Shown here one piece after another: positions 37,003-46,509 of a stretch of DNA of 64,000 nt; the stretch's first letter is position 1; every line of letters starts with the position of its first letter. This DNA comes from Myxococcales bacterium (GTDB lineage Bacteria; Myxococcota; UBA727; JABDBI01). The position numbers were made by a program, and so were the translations under genes. Location: positions 7,739-71,738 of the forward strand of contig JAHFEG010000009.1 in the NCBI GenBank assembly GCA_023248595.1. Reading direction: 5' to 3'. Under the pieces are notes generated by a model that saw only the letters and a list, made by a program, of their open reading frames with translations, did not search any database and was not told the origin of the DNA.

Positions 37003-39922
37003 AGCCTCGACGCATGGTATTTTCCGTAACACAGTACGGGTCTACAAAATTGAGCAGATAGTTTGGACCACCTGCTTTTGTTCCAATGCCACTCATTTTA
37101 AATCCGCCGAACGGTTGTCTGTGAACCAAGGCACCTGTGCAAGAACGATTCAAATATAAATTACCTACCTGAAATTGCGTTCGCGCTTTTTCAATATTGA
37201 ATGGGCTTCTTGAGTAAACTGCGCCCGTCAAAGCAAACTGCGTTGAATTCGCGATTTGCAACGCTTCATCAAAATTAGCAACAGGCATAATGGCTATAAT
37301 TGGGCCAAAAAATTCGTTTTGCATCAAGGGATCATTTGCTCGGCTAACTTCAAAGATGGCAGGAGAAATAAAATAGCCGCCGAAAGGAACATCTTTGGTA
37401 AATAAAAGTTTTGCTGATTGGGAGCCGCTGGCAATTTCTTTTTTTAATCGATTGTATGCATCGATATCAATTACCGGACCCATGGAGCAAGAAGGCTCAG
37501 TTGCAGCTGCGATATGCAAACTGCGACAGGCTTCAGTTAAGCGATTTACAAAAACATCGTAGACCGCTTGCACGACAATAACTCGAGAACAAGCTGAACA
37601 TTTTTGCCCGGAAAAACCAAAAGCTCCTTGCATCACTCCGACGACAGCTTCATCCAGATCGGCATCATCATCTACAATGACCGCATTTTTCCCACCCATT
37701 TCACAGACCACACGTTTTACTTGCGGTTGATTGCTTTCTGTCTTGGCGGCACGTTCTATAATTTGCAAACCCACCTGTTTGCTTCCCGTAAATACAATTT
37801 GAGAAACCAGGGGATGGCCAACTAAGTAAGGACCTATTTTCTCGCCATCGCCGGGAAGAAAATGCACGACATCTTTTGGAAATCCGACTTTTAACATTTT
37901 CTCGAACAGAAAGTGTGCCGTTACGGATGACTGCTCTGATGGTTTCATCAAGACCGTATTGCCAGAAACCAACGAGGCAACTGTCATGCCGCACAGAATA
38001 GCCAACGGAAAATTCCAGGGAGCAATAACAGCTGCCGGTCCTCGCCCTTGGTATTTTAATTCATTGTGTTCGCCCCAGACATTTCCTTGAACGCGTGGTG
38101 CCAATTCAATGCGTGCTCGCCACGCATAGTATCGGCAAAAATCAATTGCTTCAGCCACGTCTGCGTCTGCCTCAATCCACGGTTTTCCCACTTCCAATGT
38201 TTGCAATGCTGCTAATTCAAAGCGATCAGCTTCTAATTCATCGGCCAATTTCTCGAGCAAAATGGCGCGCTCTTCGATTGGTCTGTCCCGCCATGAGGGG
38301 AAAGCCGCATATGCAGCTTGAATTGCTCTCTCGCAAAGCGATTCATTGGCAAAAGCAATTTCTCCGGTGATTAACCGTGTATCGCTTGGACAAATTTGTT
38401 GCTTTTTTTCTGATCCTGCCTCGAATTTTCCCGACACAATAACTGGTACTTGATATGGGAATTGAGATCGGCACTTGGCAATACTGCTTGAGAAACGATG
38501 CCGATTTACTTCTTGAGTAAAATCAAGAAATGCACAATTGGAAAACTCCTCAGAGATGGAGCTATTTTTTTCGCGCTTAGTGGCTATGGGCTTTTGTAAT
38601 AACTCTTGCGTATTCATTTCGCTATGATGGCTCATTCGTAAGAAACCAGAATTTGATGTATTCTCGAGCAGGCGTCTCACTAAATAAGCCATGCCTGGCA
38701 ACAATTCACCAATCGGCGCATAAACCCGGACACGATTTCCCATCGCTCGCAACACTTTGCGCTCTGGCTCAGCCATACCGTAAAGCATTTGCATTTCGTA
38801 CGCTGAATTAGGAATGCCTCTTTCCTGCGCACAAACCATGGCATGCACTAGCGAGCGTAGGTTGTGACTTCCGAACGCGGGGCTTAAGAAATCAATGTTG
38901 TCTAATATATAACCTGACAACATTTCATAATTGGCATCTGTCGCACTTTTTTCCATAAATACCGGACAGGGTAGACCACGTTGTCTTGCTGTCACGACTT
39001 CAAAATCCCAATAGGCACCTTTTACCAATCGAATCGTCAAAGGGGCGCCGCGCTTTTTGGCCAGTGCTAACAAGCGATCGACATCTCTTTGGGCATTTTT
39101 TAAATATGCTTGCACCACAATGCCGACATGGGGCCAATTTCTAATTGCTGGGTCCAGTAAAATCTCTTCAAATAAATCATAAGTAATCTCGTGCACATCC
39201 CATTGTTCGAGATCCATATTGATAAAAACGTTGTGTTCTTTGGCTGCCAAAAATAAAGGCAACACCCGTTTCTTTAGACGATCAACCGCACCTCTTGGAT
39301 CAACTGCTTTTAGTTGCGTATCCATCGCTGTAATTTTAATCGATACGTTAACACGAGGGATAGGGCCTAAGTGATTGCGATCAATTATGTTGTCTTCTGG
39401 CCATTTCTTTGCTTCACTTGCCAAATTCACAATTAAATCGAGATATTTTTTTTGATAGGCTTCAGCTTCTTTGTCGCTCAATGTTAATTCGCCAAGTAAG
39501 TCCACAGTGAATGCAATCCCTTGCTTGTGGAGAATTTTTAGCGTTTCATGAGCACTTTGTGCATCGTTACCCACGATAAAACGTTGGGCCATGTCTGTTA
39601 CATTTTTACGAATCGCTTTTGCCGCAAGACCTGAGGTGATCCCGCTGGCTGCAGCTTTCAGAGCTGTTTCAATTAGGGTTGGTAGTTCTCGTCCTTCTTT
39701 TAACAAATACTCTCGGACATGTCTGGAAACTTGTTCTGAGGTTTCGAGCTGAGGAAGTACGTCGACAAAACGAAACATATCAACTTTAAAACTTGGGTCT
39801 TTCATGACCCAATCCATGATTCGGCCCTGCCAATAGTCTTTGTTGAATATGCCTGGTTTTTCGCCACGCATTTGAGTAAAAACCTTCTCGCCAAGCAATT
39901 CAATTTGTTTTTGCTGTTCCAT
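36980..39922 (-). CDS. putA: Bifunctional proline dehydrogenase/P5C dehydrogenase
   Basis: FRFVDVLP, RLVKGAYWD, YLVRRLLEN, PWNFPLAI, CEMGGKN, GQKCSACSR, EFFGP. Confidence 0.96.
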   Translation of the reverse strand: MEQQKQIELLGEKVFTQMRGEKPGIFNKDYWQGRIMDWVMKDPSFKVDMFRFVDVLPQLETSEQVSRHVREYLLKEGRELPTLIETALKAAASGITSGLAAKAIRKNVTDMAQRFIVGNDAQSAHETLKILHKQGIAFTVDLLGELTLSDKEAEAYQKKYLDLIVNLASEAKKWPEDNIIDRNHLGPIPRVNVSIKITAMDTQLKAVDPRGAVDRLKKRVLPLFLAAKEHNVFINMDLEQWDVHEITYDLFEEILLDPAIRNWPHVGIVVQAYLKNAQRDVDRLLALAKKRGAPLTIRLVKGAYWDFEVVTARQRGLPCPVFMEKSATDANYEMLSGYILDNIDFLSPAFGSHNLRSLVHAMVCAQERGIPNSAYEMQMLYGMAEPERKVLRAMGNRVRVYAPIGELLPGMAYLVRRLLENTSNSGFLRMSHHSEMNTQELLQKPIATKREKNSSISEEFSNCAFLDFTQEVNRHRFSSSIAKCRSQFPYQVPVIVSGKFEAGSEKKQQICPSDTRLITGEIAFANESLCERAIQAAYAAFPSWRDRPIEERAILLEKLADELEADRFELAALQTLEVGKPWIEADADVAEAIDFCRYYAWRARIELAPRVQGNVWGEHNELKYQGRGPAAVIAPWNFPLAILCGMTVASLVSGNTVLMKPSEQSSVTAHFLFEKMLKVGFPKDVVHFLPGDGEKIGPYLVGHPLVSQIVFTGSKQVGLQIIERAAKTESNQPQVKRVVCEMGGKNAVIVDDDADLDEAVVGVMQGAFGFSGQKCSACSRVIVVQAVYDVFVNRLTEACRSLHIAAATEPSCSMGPVIDIDAYNRLKKEIASGSQSAKLLFTKDVPFGGYFISPAIFEVSRANDPLMQNEFFGPIIAIMPVANFDEALQIANSTQFALTGAVYSRSPFNIEKARTQFQVGNLYLNRSCTGALVHRQPFGGFKMSGIGTKAGGPNYLLNFVDPYCVTENTMRRGFTPDLDS

Positions 39923-39960
39923 GCTCAATTTAGCTCTCAGGTAATTTAATTGGTGTTTTT

Positions 39961-40152
39961 TTAAAATCGCATGCTGTTTTTGACTCGGTATTGGAACCAA
40001 TTCCATCCCCAGTAAGCACCTAGGCCCATCAATGGAACACCAAGCCATGGCGTTATAAGAACAGACAAAACAAGTCCTGTCGCTTCCGCACCAAGAAATA
40101 AATAGCGCTTTTTTTTCTCTTCTTGTTGTCTTCTTGTCATCATTGTACTCAT
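39961..40152 (-). CDS. Small membrane protein
   Basis: Strong GAGGAG SD, two short hydrophobic segments, basic ends. Confidence 0.65.
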   Translation of the reverse strand: MSTMMTRRQQEEKKKRYLFLGAEATGLVLSVLITPWLGVPLMGLGAYWGWNWFQYRVKNSMRF

Positions 40153-40253
40153 GTCACTCCTCGCGGTTGTTTTGCATGATACTAGGAGTGATTAATAGAG
40201 CAATCAAGAAATTTTCTACAAAAATGCGATCATACTCATACGACAGTAAAGAC

Positions 40254-40925
40254 ATGATAGAAAAAAGTGCACATTCCCTTTTATCAATTGAAAAATGGTT
40301 AGATGCCCTGTTGCCATCCAGGTGCGCTGCTTGCGATACAGTTTCCAACTTGCAGTTAATTTGTTCGCTTTGTGAGAGCACAATTTCTCTGGCCAATTCA
40401 GGCCAGAGCATAGAAATAAATTCTGTATTTTCTTATAGCGGCGCTATTAAAAAAATGATTATAGAAGCAAAATTCTGTCGTAATGAAAAAAAAGCGCATG
40501 CGCTTATTTCTTACTGGTCCAAACAAAGCTCTCAAGAAAACTTATTGGAAAGGCTGGAAAATAAAATTTTTAATGCTGTTTGCTTTGTCCCCATCCATTG
40601 GCGTAGGCGTTTATGGCGTGGATTTGATTTATCTGCACTCTTTGCCAATGCCGTTTCTCATAAGTTAAACCTGCCTTTAGTTGACTTGCTAATTTCAAAT
40701 CGGCTCGATAAGCCGTTGACATTGGCACACAGCAAAACCGAACGAGAGCACATGACAAAAGACCGATATGTCATGAGAAAATCTCTTGCTTCCCCCTTAA
40801 GTATTTTACTTGTTGACGATGTCACTACAACAGGAGCAACCCTGCGTGCAGCTTCTCAAGTTTTGCAAAAAAATGAGCATAAGGTCTGTGCATTGACTTT
40901 AGCGAAGACACCAGCGAGACCATAG
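40254..40925 (+). CDS. comF: ComF family phosphoribosyltransferase-like protein
   Basis: CAAC/CSLC Zn finger, VPIH..R...RGF, LLVDDVTTTGATL; start uncertain. Confidence 0.88.
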   Translation: MIEKSAHSLLSIEKWLDALLPSRCAACDTVSNLQLICSLCESTISLANSGQSIEINSVFSYSGAIKKMIIEAKFCRNEKKAHALISYWSKQSSQENLLERLENKIFNAVCFVPIHWRRRLWRGFDLSALFANAVSHKLNLPLVDLLISNRLDKPLTLAHSKTEREHMTKDRYVMRKSLASPLSILLVDDVTTTGATLRAASQVLQKNEHKVCALTLAKTPARP

Positions 40926-40943
40926 TGAACTAAAAGGGAGATT

Positions 40944-41396
40944 ATGATGACTCTTTGTAAAAATTCAAAATTATTGCTGACGCTTTCTTTGCTTGTTTTT
41001 TCTCTTTCATTTGCGGCTTGTTTTAATTGCTGCACTCCACAAAAACGTGTTTTTTTTGAAAACTTAAAAGACAATCAAGTTGTGCCTGAGCATTTCCAGG
41101 TTCGGTTTGGTTCTGAAAATTTGCAGATAAAGCCTGCGGGTACCGATATAGAAAATAAATCTGCTGGTCACTTCCATATTTTGATTGATGACCCAGCGTC
41201 GTTTACGCCTGAAGGCGAAATTATCCCTGCCGATGCAAACCACATTCATTATGGCCAAGGCGATACAGAAACATTTTTGACCCTGTCACCAGGAAAACAC
41301 GCGCTGACACTGCAATTTGGAGATGGAATACACCGATCTTATGGAAAAGCGCTTTCTTCAATAATCACCGTCGATGTGCAAGCAACCACACCATAG
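40944..41396 (+). CDS. DUF4399-domain exported protein
   Basis: GHFHILID, HIHYGQGDTET, PGKHALTLQFGDGIH. Confidence 0.85.
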   Translation: MMTLCKNSKLLLTLSLLVFSLSFAACFNCCTPQKRVFFENLKDNQVVPEHFQVRFGSENLQIKPAGTDIENKSAGHFHILIDDPASFTPEGEIIPADANHIHYGQGDTETFLTLSPGKHALTLQFGDGIHRSYGKALSSIITVDVQATTP

Positions 41397-41463
41397 GTCA
41401 ATCTACCTATTGGTTATTTAGGTATCGTTTTTTAGTCTCCGCTACTTGGTTGGGACTAAAAAA

Positions 41464-43374
41464 ATGGTTGTATTTCGTTTGTTGTTCGTCGTCATTTTTG
41501 TGTTTTTTATTTTATCTTGTTCTGAATCAGAAATCTTGATTCGCTATCAAGATCAAGAAACAAGCTCTCAAAAAAACAATGATGATAGGTGCTTAGATAA
41601 CTCGGGCTGTCATGAAAATGAAGTTTGCGTGGAGGGAAGATGTGTTGATGCCTCTCTAACACCTTGCCAGATCAATCAAACTCCTTTGCTGCATGTTTCT
41701 GCTGGGTCACTTAATTTTGGTTCTGCCCGCTTGGGACAGACGGCTGAAAAAGAAATCACCATCAGCAATGTGGGCAACTGCACCCTGGTTGTTTCCAGAT
41801 ATTTTATTGAACCAAATAGCAAAGATGGGTTTTCGTGTCCAAGATGTGAGCAAAAACCCGTTGCTATCTTGATTGCACCGACGCAATCTATACAGTTAAA
41901 ACTTCGTTTTTCTCCTCAAAAACCAGGCCAACAGGCAGCATTCTTAACGTTGCTTAGCAATGATTTTTCCATCAATCCTTCCGGTAAAATGCAAATTGTG
42001 CTCACAAATGAATTTTCTGGAAAACCGCAAATTGTTTTGCAGCCCTCTGACTTAAGTTGGGGTTATGTTCCATACAATTACAGTAATTCTGCTGTCGCAA
42101 CAAAAAAAATTCGCATTGCTAATTTTGGCACTAATTTGGGAGCTGTTTTCATCGAGAGTATTGCGATTGATGGCGACAATGCTTTTTCTATTTCGCCGCA
42201 ATTTGTAGAAAAATTCATTCCGATCTGGTTAGAGCCAACCGCAGAGGAACACGCCAACTCTTTTATTGATGTTCCGATTGCTTTTCTCCCGCGCGGCTTT
42301 GATAAACATCATGCGCGTCTTGTTGTTACTGCTCATAATTGGGGTGAAACAACCCCCTTCAAAATGACTGCATTATTGTCTGCTTCTTCGAAGGGACAAC
42401 CGAAAATTAAAATAAGCCAGGAAGAGCTCCTTTTTAGATCCGAGAGCAACGAGCCTTTATTGGTTGGTTCTGTCACGTCAAAAGAAATGCAAATTACCAA
42501 CGTGGGTGAATCGGAATTAATGATCAGCAATATTGCTACCTCAATTCAAAATGGTTTTTCTTTTTTTCCAAGTTTTTTACCAGCGATTTTTCCTGGCGAA
42601 TCGGTAACGGTTAACGTTTTTTTTGCGCCAAGCTTTGTTCAGGCTCCAGCCAATGCGGAGCAAACTTTTTCGATTCAAAAAAGCAGACTTTTCTTTATTA
42701 GCAATGATCCACAAAAAGCTTCGACTTCAGTCGGATTATTTGGATGGACCAAAAATTCAACAGAAGAAACCTTAACGATTGAAATGAACTTTGATAATGC
42801 AGCCTCCGGGTGGAGTGGCGATGATTTTCGCAATGTCGACCTAGAGCTTATCAGTCCGACAGGATTTTCTTGCACCAAATCTGATCCACATTATTCTAGT
42901 TTGGGAAAGCTAGACGGAATCCGTGACTATTGCAGCGAATGGAACAATTTTCTCAAAGAAGGCCGTACCCACTGGATAGCTTTGGGACCTTTCGAAAAAC
43001 CGGAGCGCATCAGTCTTTATGGCCTCGATCCACTTCTGCTTTCTGAGCAAATTTTTACTGCTCGGGTTCGCTACGTAGAAGATTGTTCTTATATGCCGGG
43101 GGCCTTACTTGCTAATCTCTTAGGAATTGGAACCAGCATGTTAACCTCTGTCCTAAGCAGCCAGGCAGGCGCGACTGTCGGCATTTCACCTGCACATATT
43201 AGCAATGTGATTTCAAAGTACTGTGTATCTCATTCGCCCACTCAGGCGACCATTCGTTTTTCCGTAAATGGTCTAGAGATCGCTTCACCGCAAGTACTTT
43301 TGTATCAAAAAGGCGACTTCATCGATGTACTTAAGATTCACCGTCGCAACAATCATTTTGAGGTCATTCAATGA
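41464..43374 (+). CDS. Surface lipoprotein with Cys-rich motif and ASH/choice-of-anchor-D Ig-like repeats
   Basis: Lipobox FILSC; repeats LNFGS..ITISNVGN, IANFG, ITNVGE, SND. Confidence 0.75.
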   Translation: MVVFRLLFVVIFVFFILSCSESEILIRYQDQETSSQKNNDDRCLDNSGCHENEVCVEGRCVDASLTPCQINQTPLLHVSAGSLNFGSARLGQTAEKEITISNVGNCTLVVSRYFIEPNSKDGFSCPRCEQKPVAILIAPTQSIQLKLRFSPQKPGQQAAFLTLLSNDFSINPSGKMQIVLTNEFSGKPQIVLQPSDLSWGYVPYNYSNSAVATKKIRIANFGTNLGAVFIESIAIDGDNAFSISPQFVEKFIPIWLEPTAEEHANSFIDVPIAFLPRGFDKHHARLVVTAHNWGETTPFKMTALLSASSKGQPKIKISQEELLFRSESNEPLLVGSVTSKEMQITNVGESELMISNIATSIQNGFSFFPSFLPAIFPGESVTVNVFFAPSFVQAPANAEQTFSIQKSRLFFISNDPQKASTSVGLFGWTKNSTEETLTIEMNFDNAASGWSGDDFRNVDLELISPTGFSCTKSDPHYSSLGKLDGIRDYCSEWNNFLKEGRTHWIALGPFEKPERISLYGLDPLLLSEQIFTARVRYVEDCSYMPGALLANLLGIGTSMLTSVLSSQAGATVGISPAHISNVISKYCVSHSPTQATIRFSVNGLEIASPQVLLYQKGDFIDVLKIHRRNNHFEVIQ

Positions 43375-45392
43375 AAAACTTAGCTTTTATGTGTTTATTT
43401 TTAACCCTTGTTTCTTGTACTGATGATCGTTGGTCTAATTATGATTCATCCGGAATATTGCTTTCAAATGGAATGCTTCTTTCGAACACGCAGACTTCAA
43501 AACTAATCATCGATCCAGAATTTGGGATTGCCTTTGATTGTGTGATTTTGGGTTGTCGACAAAGTCGTTCCATTAGAATCACAAACGGCAGCGGAAATCC
43601 TATCACAATCTATAAAATGGAATTAGCCAAGGATAGCTCATCGGACTTTTCGCTTGTAGAAAACCCGGCAATGATGATGCGCTCAAAGCCAATTTCTTTG
43701 GCGCCTCGCGAACACCTAATTGTCGATGTCCTTTATCAGCCAAGTGATGGCAGTGCTGATGGTGCTTCTTTGCTGATTGACTGGCAGGGTCAACAAAAAC
43801 TAATTCCGATTCGCACGCGCATTTTAGGTGAAAAAGTTGCCAAAACTTCGGATTCATCTCTCAATTTTGGATACGTTGCAGTGGGTCAACAAAAAACCTT
43901 ATATTTTCCCATCGAAAATACGAGCACGGGAAACGCTGTTATTTCTATCACAACCGATAGAGATTTAAAAAATAGCGATGTTTTTACGCCTGAATTTGAA
44001 AAAAAGCTTTACCTCAATCCCGGCCAAAAAACAAAAATACCGATTCTTTTTTCACCGAAAGAAGAGGGCGTTTTTGAGCATGAAATCGCATTTCTAATTG
44101 AGGGCTCAACTGCGCCTCGCATCATTGCTCGTTGCATGGGCACTTCTGTGGCCAAAACCAAGATCACATTTGTCGATCCTAAAGAAGGCCTCGTCGATTT
44201 TGGCACGCATCCTTATGGCGCTATTCACAAAAGAACTGTTACCGTTCGCAATGAAGGTCATGCTCCAACAGCTCTAGATGTTCAGCTATTCTCGGAGCCA
44301 AAAAATGCTTTTCTTTTGGAAGAGCTGTCTTCTCAAAATGAAATGCTTTTAGCGCCCATGGAAACTGTTACGCTTTCCTTAATTGCTTCGCCTAAAATTG
44401 GTGGAAAAAATCATGGGCAGCTTAAAATTAAACCAATAGTGGATGACGCTGCATCCATTTTTTTGCCAATGAGCATTTTTTCGCTAACACCACAGGCTCG
44501 CTTATCGCGAACAGAATTAAATCTTTCCAGCGTAGCGCTTGGTTGGGAAGGCAGCACGCATTATGTGCAAATTGATAACAGTGGCGTTGGCACTCTTATC
44601 ATTGATGCAATTACTTTATCTTCTGATTCTTCGTCTTTACTTACCTTAACGGAAATTCCGATATTGCCTCTTCGCATGGTCCCTGGAAATCTGCCCATAA
44701 AGATCGGTGTTAAACTAAATGGCCATTTTGCTGGCGATGTTTTTGGCCAATTGCAGATTCACAGCAATTCAACAGAATCAGCACTTTTGACGGTTAATAT
44801 TAGTGGTCAAGTGCGAACATGTGATGAGCAATGTTCTCTTGCTCACTGTCAAACGAATTGCTTGCAAGGAAAATGTGGAATTTCTCAATGCGAACGTGGC
44901 TGGCATGACGCCGACACCCAAAGCTCAAATGGATGCGAATGCCGAGAAGACTTCTCCACCAAAGACATTGGTGACACTTGTTCAACTGGTCTGCAACTTG
45001 GCGTTATAGGAGATGCTTGTTCATCATTTGAAAAAACCAAAGAATACCAAGGCACGCTCCACGATAAAAACGATATTGATCTCTTCTTTGTGAAGAACAA
45101 AGATGAAGGAGGCCTTTTTTGTGATGTTTTTGGAGATTCTTTTGAGGCGAGTGTTTCTTTAACAAAAGCTCCACCGGGGCTAGTTTTATGCACAAATATA
45201 CAACCTTTTGGAACTGGCTGTGGTGGCTATCGGCATGAATTTGATCCAAATATTTGTGGACGAACCCGACACATTAAAACGGGAAAATATCGATCAAACG
45301 AATCCAGCGATATTACTGCATGGGTTATGTGGCACCCTGATGCTCAACCTGTTTGTGGCGAATACACTGTTTTATTTAAAGCGAAGAAGTAG
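43371..45392 (+). CDS. Surface lipoprotein with Ig-like repeats and myxobacterial-type Cys-rich (GCEC) domain
   Basis: Lipobox LVSC; LNFGYV, VDFG..VRNEG; CERGWHDADTQSSNGCEC; ATGA overlap with upstream gene. Confidence 0.75.
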   Translation: MKNLAFMCLFLTLVSCTDDRWSNYDSSGILLSNGMLLSNTQTSKLIIDPEFGIAFDCVILGCRQSRSIRITNGSGNPITIYKMELAKDSSSDFSLVENPAMMMRSKPISLAPREHLIVDVLYQPSDGSADGASLLIDWQGQQKLIPIRTRILGEKVAKTSDSSLNFGYVAVGQQKTLYFPIENTSTGNAVISITTDRDLKNSDVFTPEFEKKLYLNPGQKTKIPILFSPKEEGVFEHEIAFLIEGSTAPRIIARCMGTSVAKTKITFVDPKEGLVDFGTHPYGAIHKRTVTVRNEGHAPTALDVQLFSEPKNAFLLEELSSQNEMLLAPMETVTLSLIASPKIGGKNHGQLKIKPIVDDAASIFLPMSIFSLTPQARLSRTELNLSSVALGWEGSTHYVQIDNSGVGTLIIDAITLSSDSSSLLTLTEIPILPLRMVPGNLPIKIGVKLNGHFAGDVFGQLQIHSNSTESALLTVNISGQVRTCDEQCSLAHCQTNCLQGKCGISQCERGWHDADTQSSNGCECREDFSTKDIGDTCSTGLQLGVIGDACSSFEKTKEYQGTLHDKNDIDLFFVKNKDEGGLFCDVFGDSFEASVSLTKAPPGLVLCTNIQPFGTGCGGYRHEFDPNICGRTRHIKTGKYRSNESSDITAWVMWHPDAQPVCGEYTVLFKAKK

Positions 45393-45415
45393 ATCCAAGC
45401 ATTATGCTTTAAATC

Positions 45416-45922
45416 TTAATTTTTATATCGCCGCGCATAGTCGACATATGCTCGCCAGCCACCGTCAATCATATTTTTTTCTTTCTCGCCGGTAGGACGC
45501 AAAATTTTTCCAGGACTGCCCATGACCAGGGAATTGGGTGGAATTTTGGTGCCGGCGGTGATGAGACTGCCCGCCGCAATGAGAGAACCCTTTCCGATAA
45601 CGCAATTGTCTAGCAAGATAGATCCCATTCCGATGAGACAATCATCCTCGACAATGCAGCCATGCAAAATAACGCGATGTCCAACCGTGACGCGGTCACC
45701 CACCAAAGTTTCACTTAAACCCTCGGTGATATGACAAATGCTGCCGTCTTGAATCGAGGTGCTTTCGCCGATTTTGATGCGGCCCATATCGCCTCTCATG
45801 ACGACGCCGGGCCAAATACTGCTATGGGCTCCGACTTCGACTTGACCAATCAAAACGGCGCTTTCGTGAACGAATGCATCAGGGTGGACAATGGGACTAA
45901 ATTTAGAAAAGCGAGAAATCAT
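45416..45922 (-). CDS. Gamma carbonic anhydrase family (YrdA-like hexapeptide repeat) protein
   Basis: RGD, IQDG..CH, TVGH.VILHGC, GSPGK. Confidence 0.92.
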   Translation of the reverse strand: MISRFSKFSPIVHPDAFVHESAVLIGQVEVGAHSSIWPGVVMRGDMGRIKIGESTSIQDGSICHITEGLSETLVGDRVTVGHRVILHGCIVEDDCLIGMGSILLDNCVIGKGSLIAAGSLITAGTKIPPNSLVMGSPGKILRPTGEKEKNMIDGGWRAYVDYARRYKN

Positions 45923-45930
45923 AAATGGCC

Positions 45931-46401
45931 TTAAGGATCGTTTATAAAAAAAACTGCCTGCATATTTTTCTTTATGCCACGTTTTTGTGCGAGTCCACCG
46001 TTGATCTCAAGAACATAACGGCTGGGGCGATCAACAGATAGTGGGGCCAGCGATTGAGGCGTCGCATTTTCAATGATGCCGACCACTCTTTTTTGGTTGT
46101 CTAAAAAAATAAGATCGAGTGCAATCAAGGTATTTTTCATCCAAAAAGTCTGTTCTGTTTCTGAATCAAAAATAAAAAGCATGCCAGCATTTTTTTCAAG
46201 ATTTTTCCTAAACATTAGACCATTTTGTCTCGATAAAAATGTTTGCGCAACTTCTACTTCGAAAGAAATATCACCATCGGGTGCCTGAAAAGTGACCCGT
46301 GATGTTTGGTTTTGCGCAATAGGTCGAGATGGCTGTTGCTGTGGATTGAGTGAGCAAGCGCCGCACATTGTCCCAATTATTGCGATCAAAAAAAAATTCA
46401 T
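45931..46401 (-). CDS. DUF192 family lipoprotein
   Basis: GLMFR..GMLFIF..FWMKNT..LDLIF..YVLEINGG; lipobox CGAC. Confidence 0.9.
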   Translation of the reverse strand: MNFFLIAIIGTMCGACSLNPQQQPSRPIAQNQTSRVTFQAPDGDISFEVEVAQTFLSRQNGLMFRKNLEKNAGMLFIFDSETEQTFWMKNTLIALDLIFLDNQKRVVGIIENATPQSLAPLSVDRPSRYVLEINGGLAQKRGIKKNMQAVFFINDP

Positions 46402-46509
46402 ATCCGAAACATGACCTCGCATTTTCTTCAGGTTATCGGTAATTCTGTCGATGGTCAAATCGCTTTTAATCCGCGTTCAATGCTCGTTCCACAGAACTCG
46501 GAGCAAAAC

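Noticed and set aside
39923-40048. N-terminal extension of PutA in the ORF track
   Set aside because: Overlaps a small gene with a strong SD; PutA similarity begins near MEQQKQ (39922).
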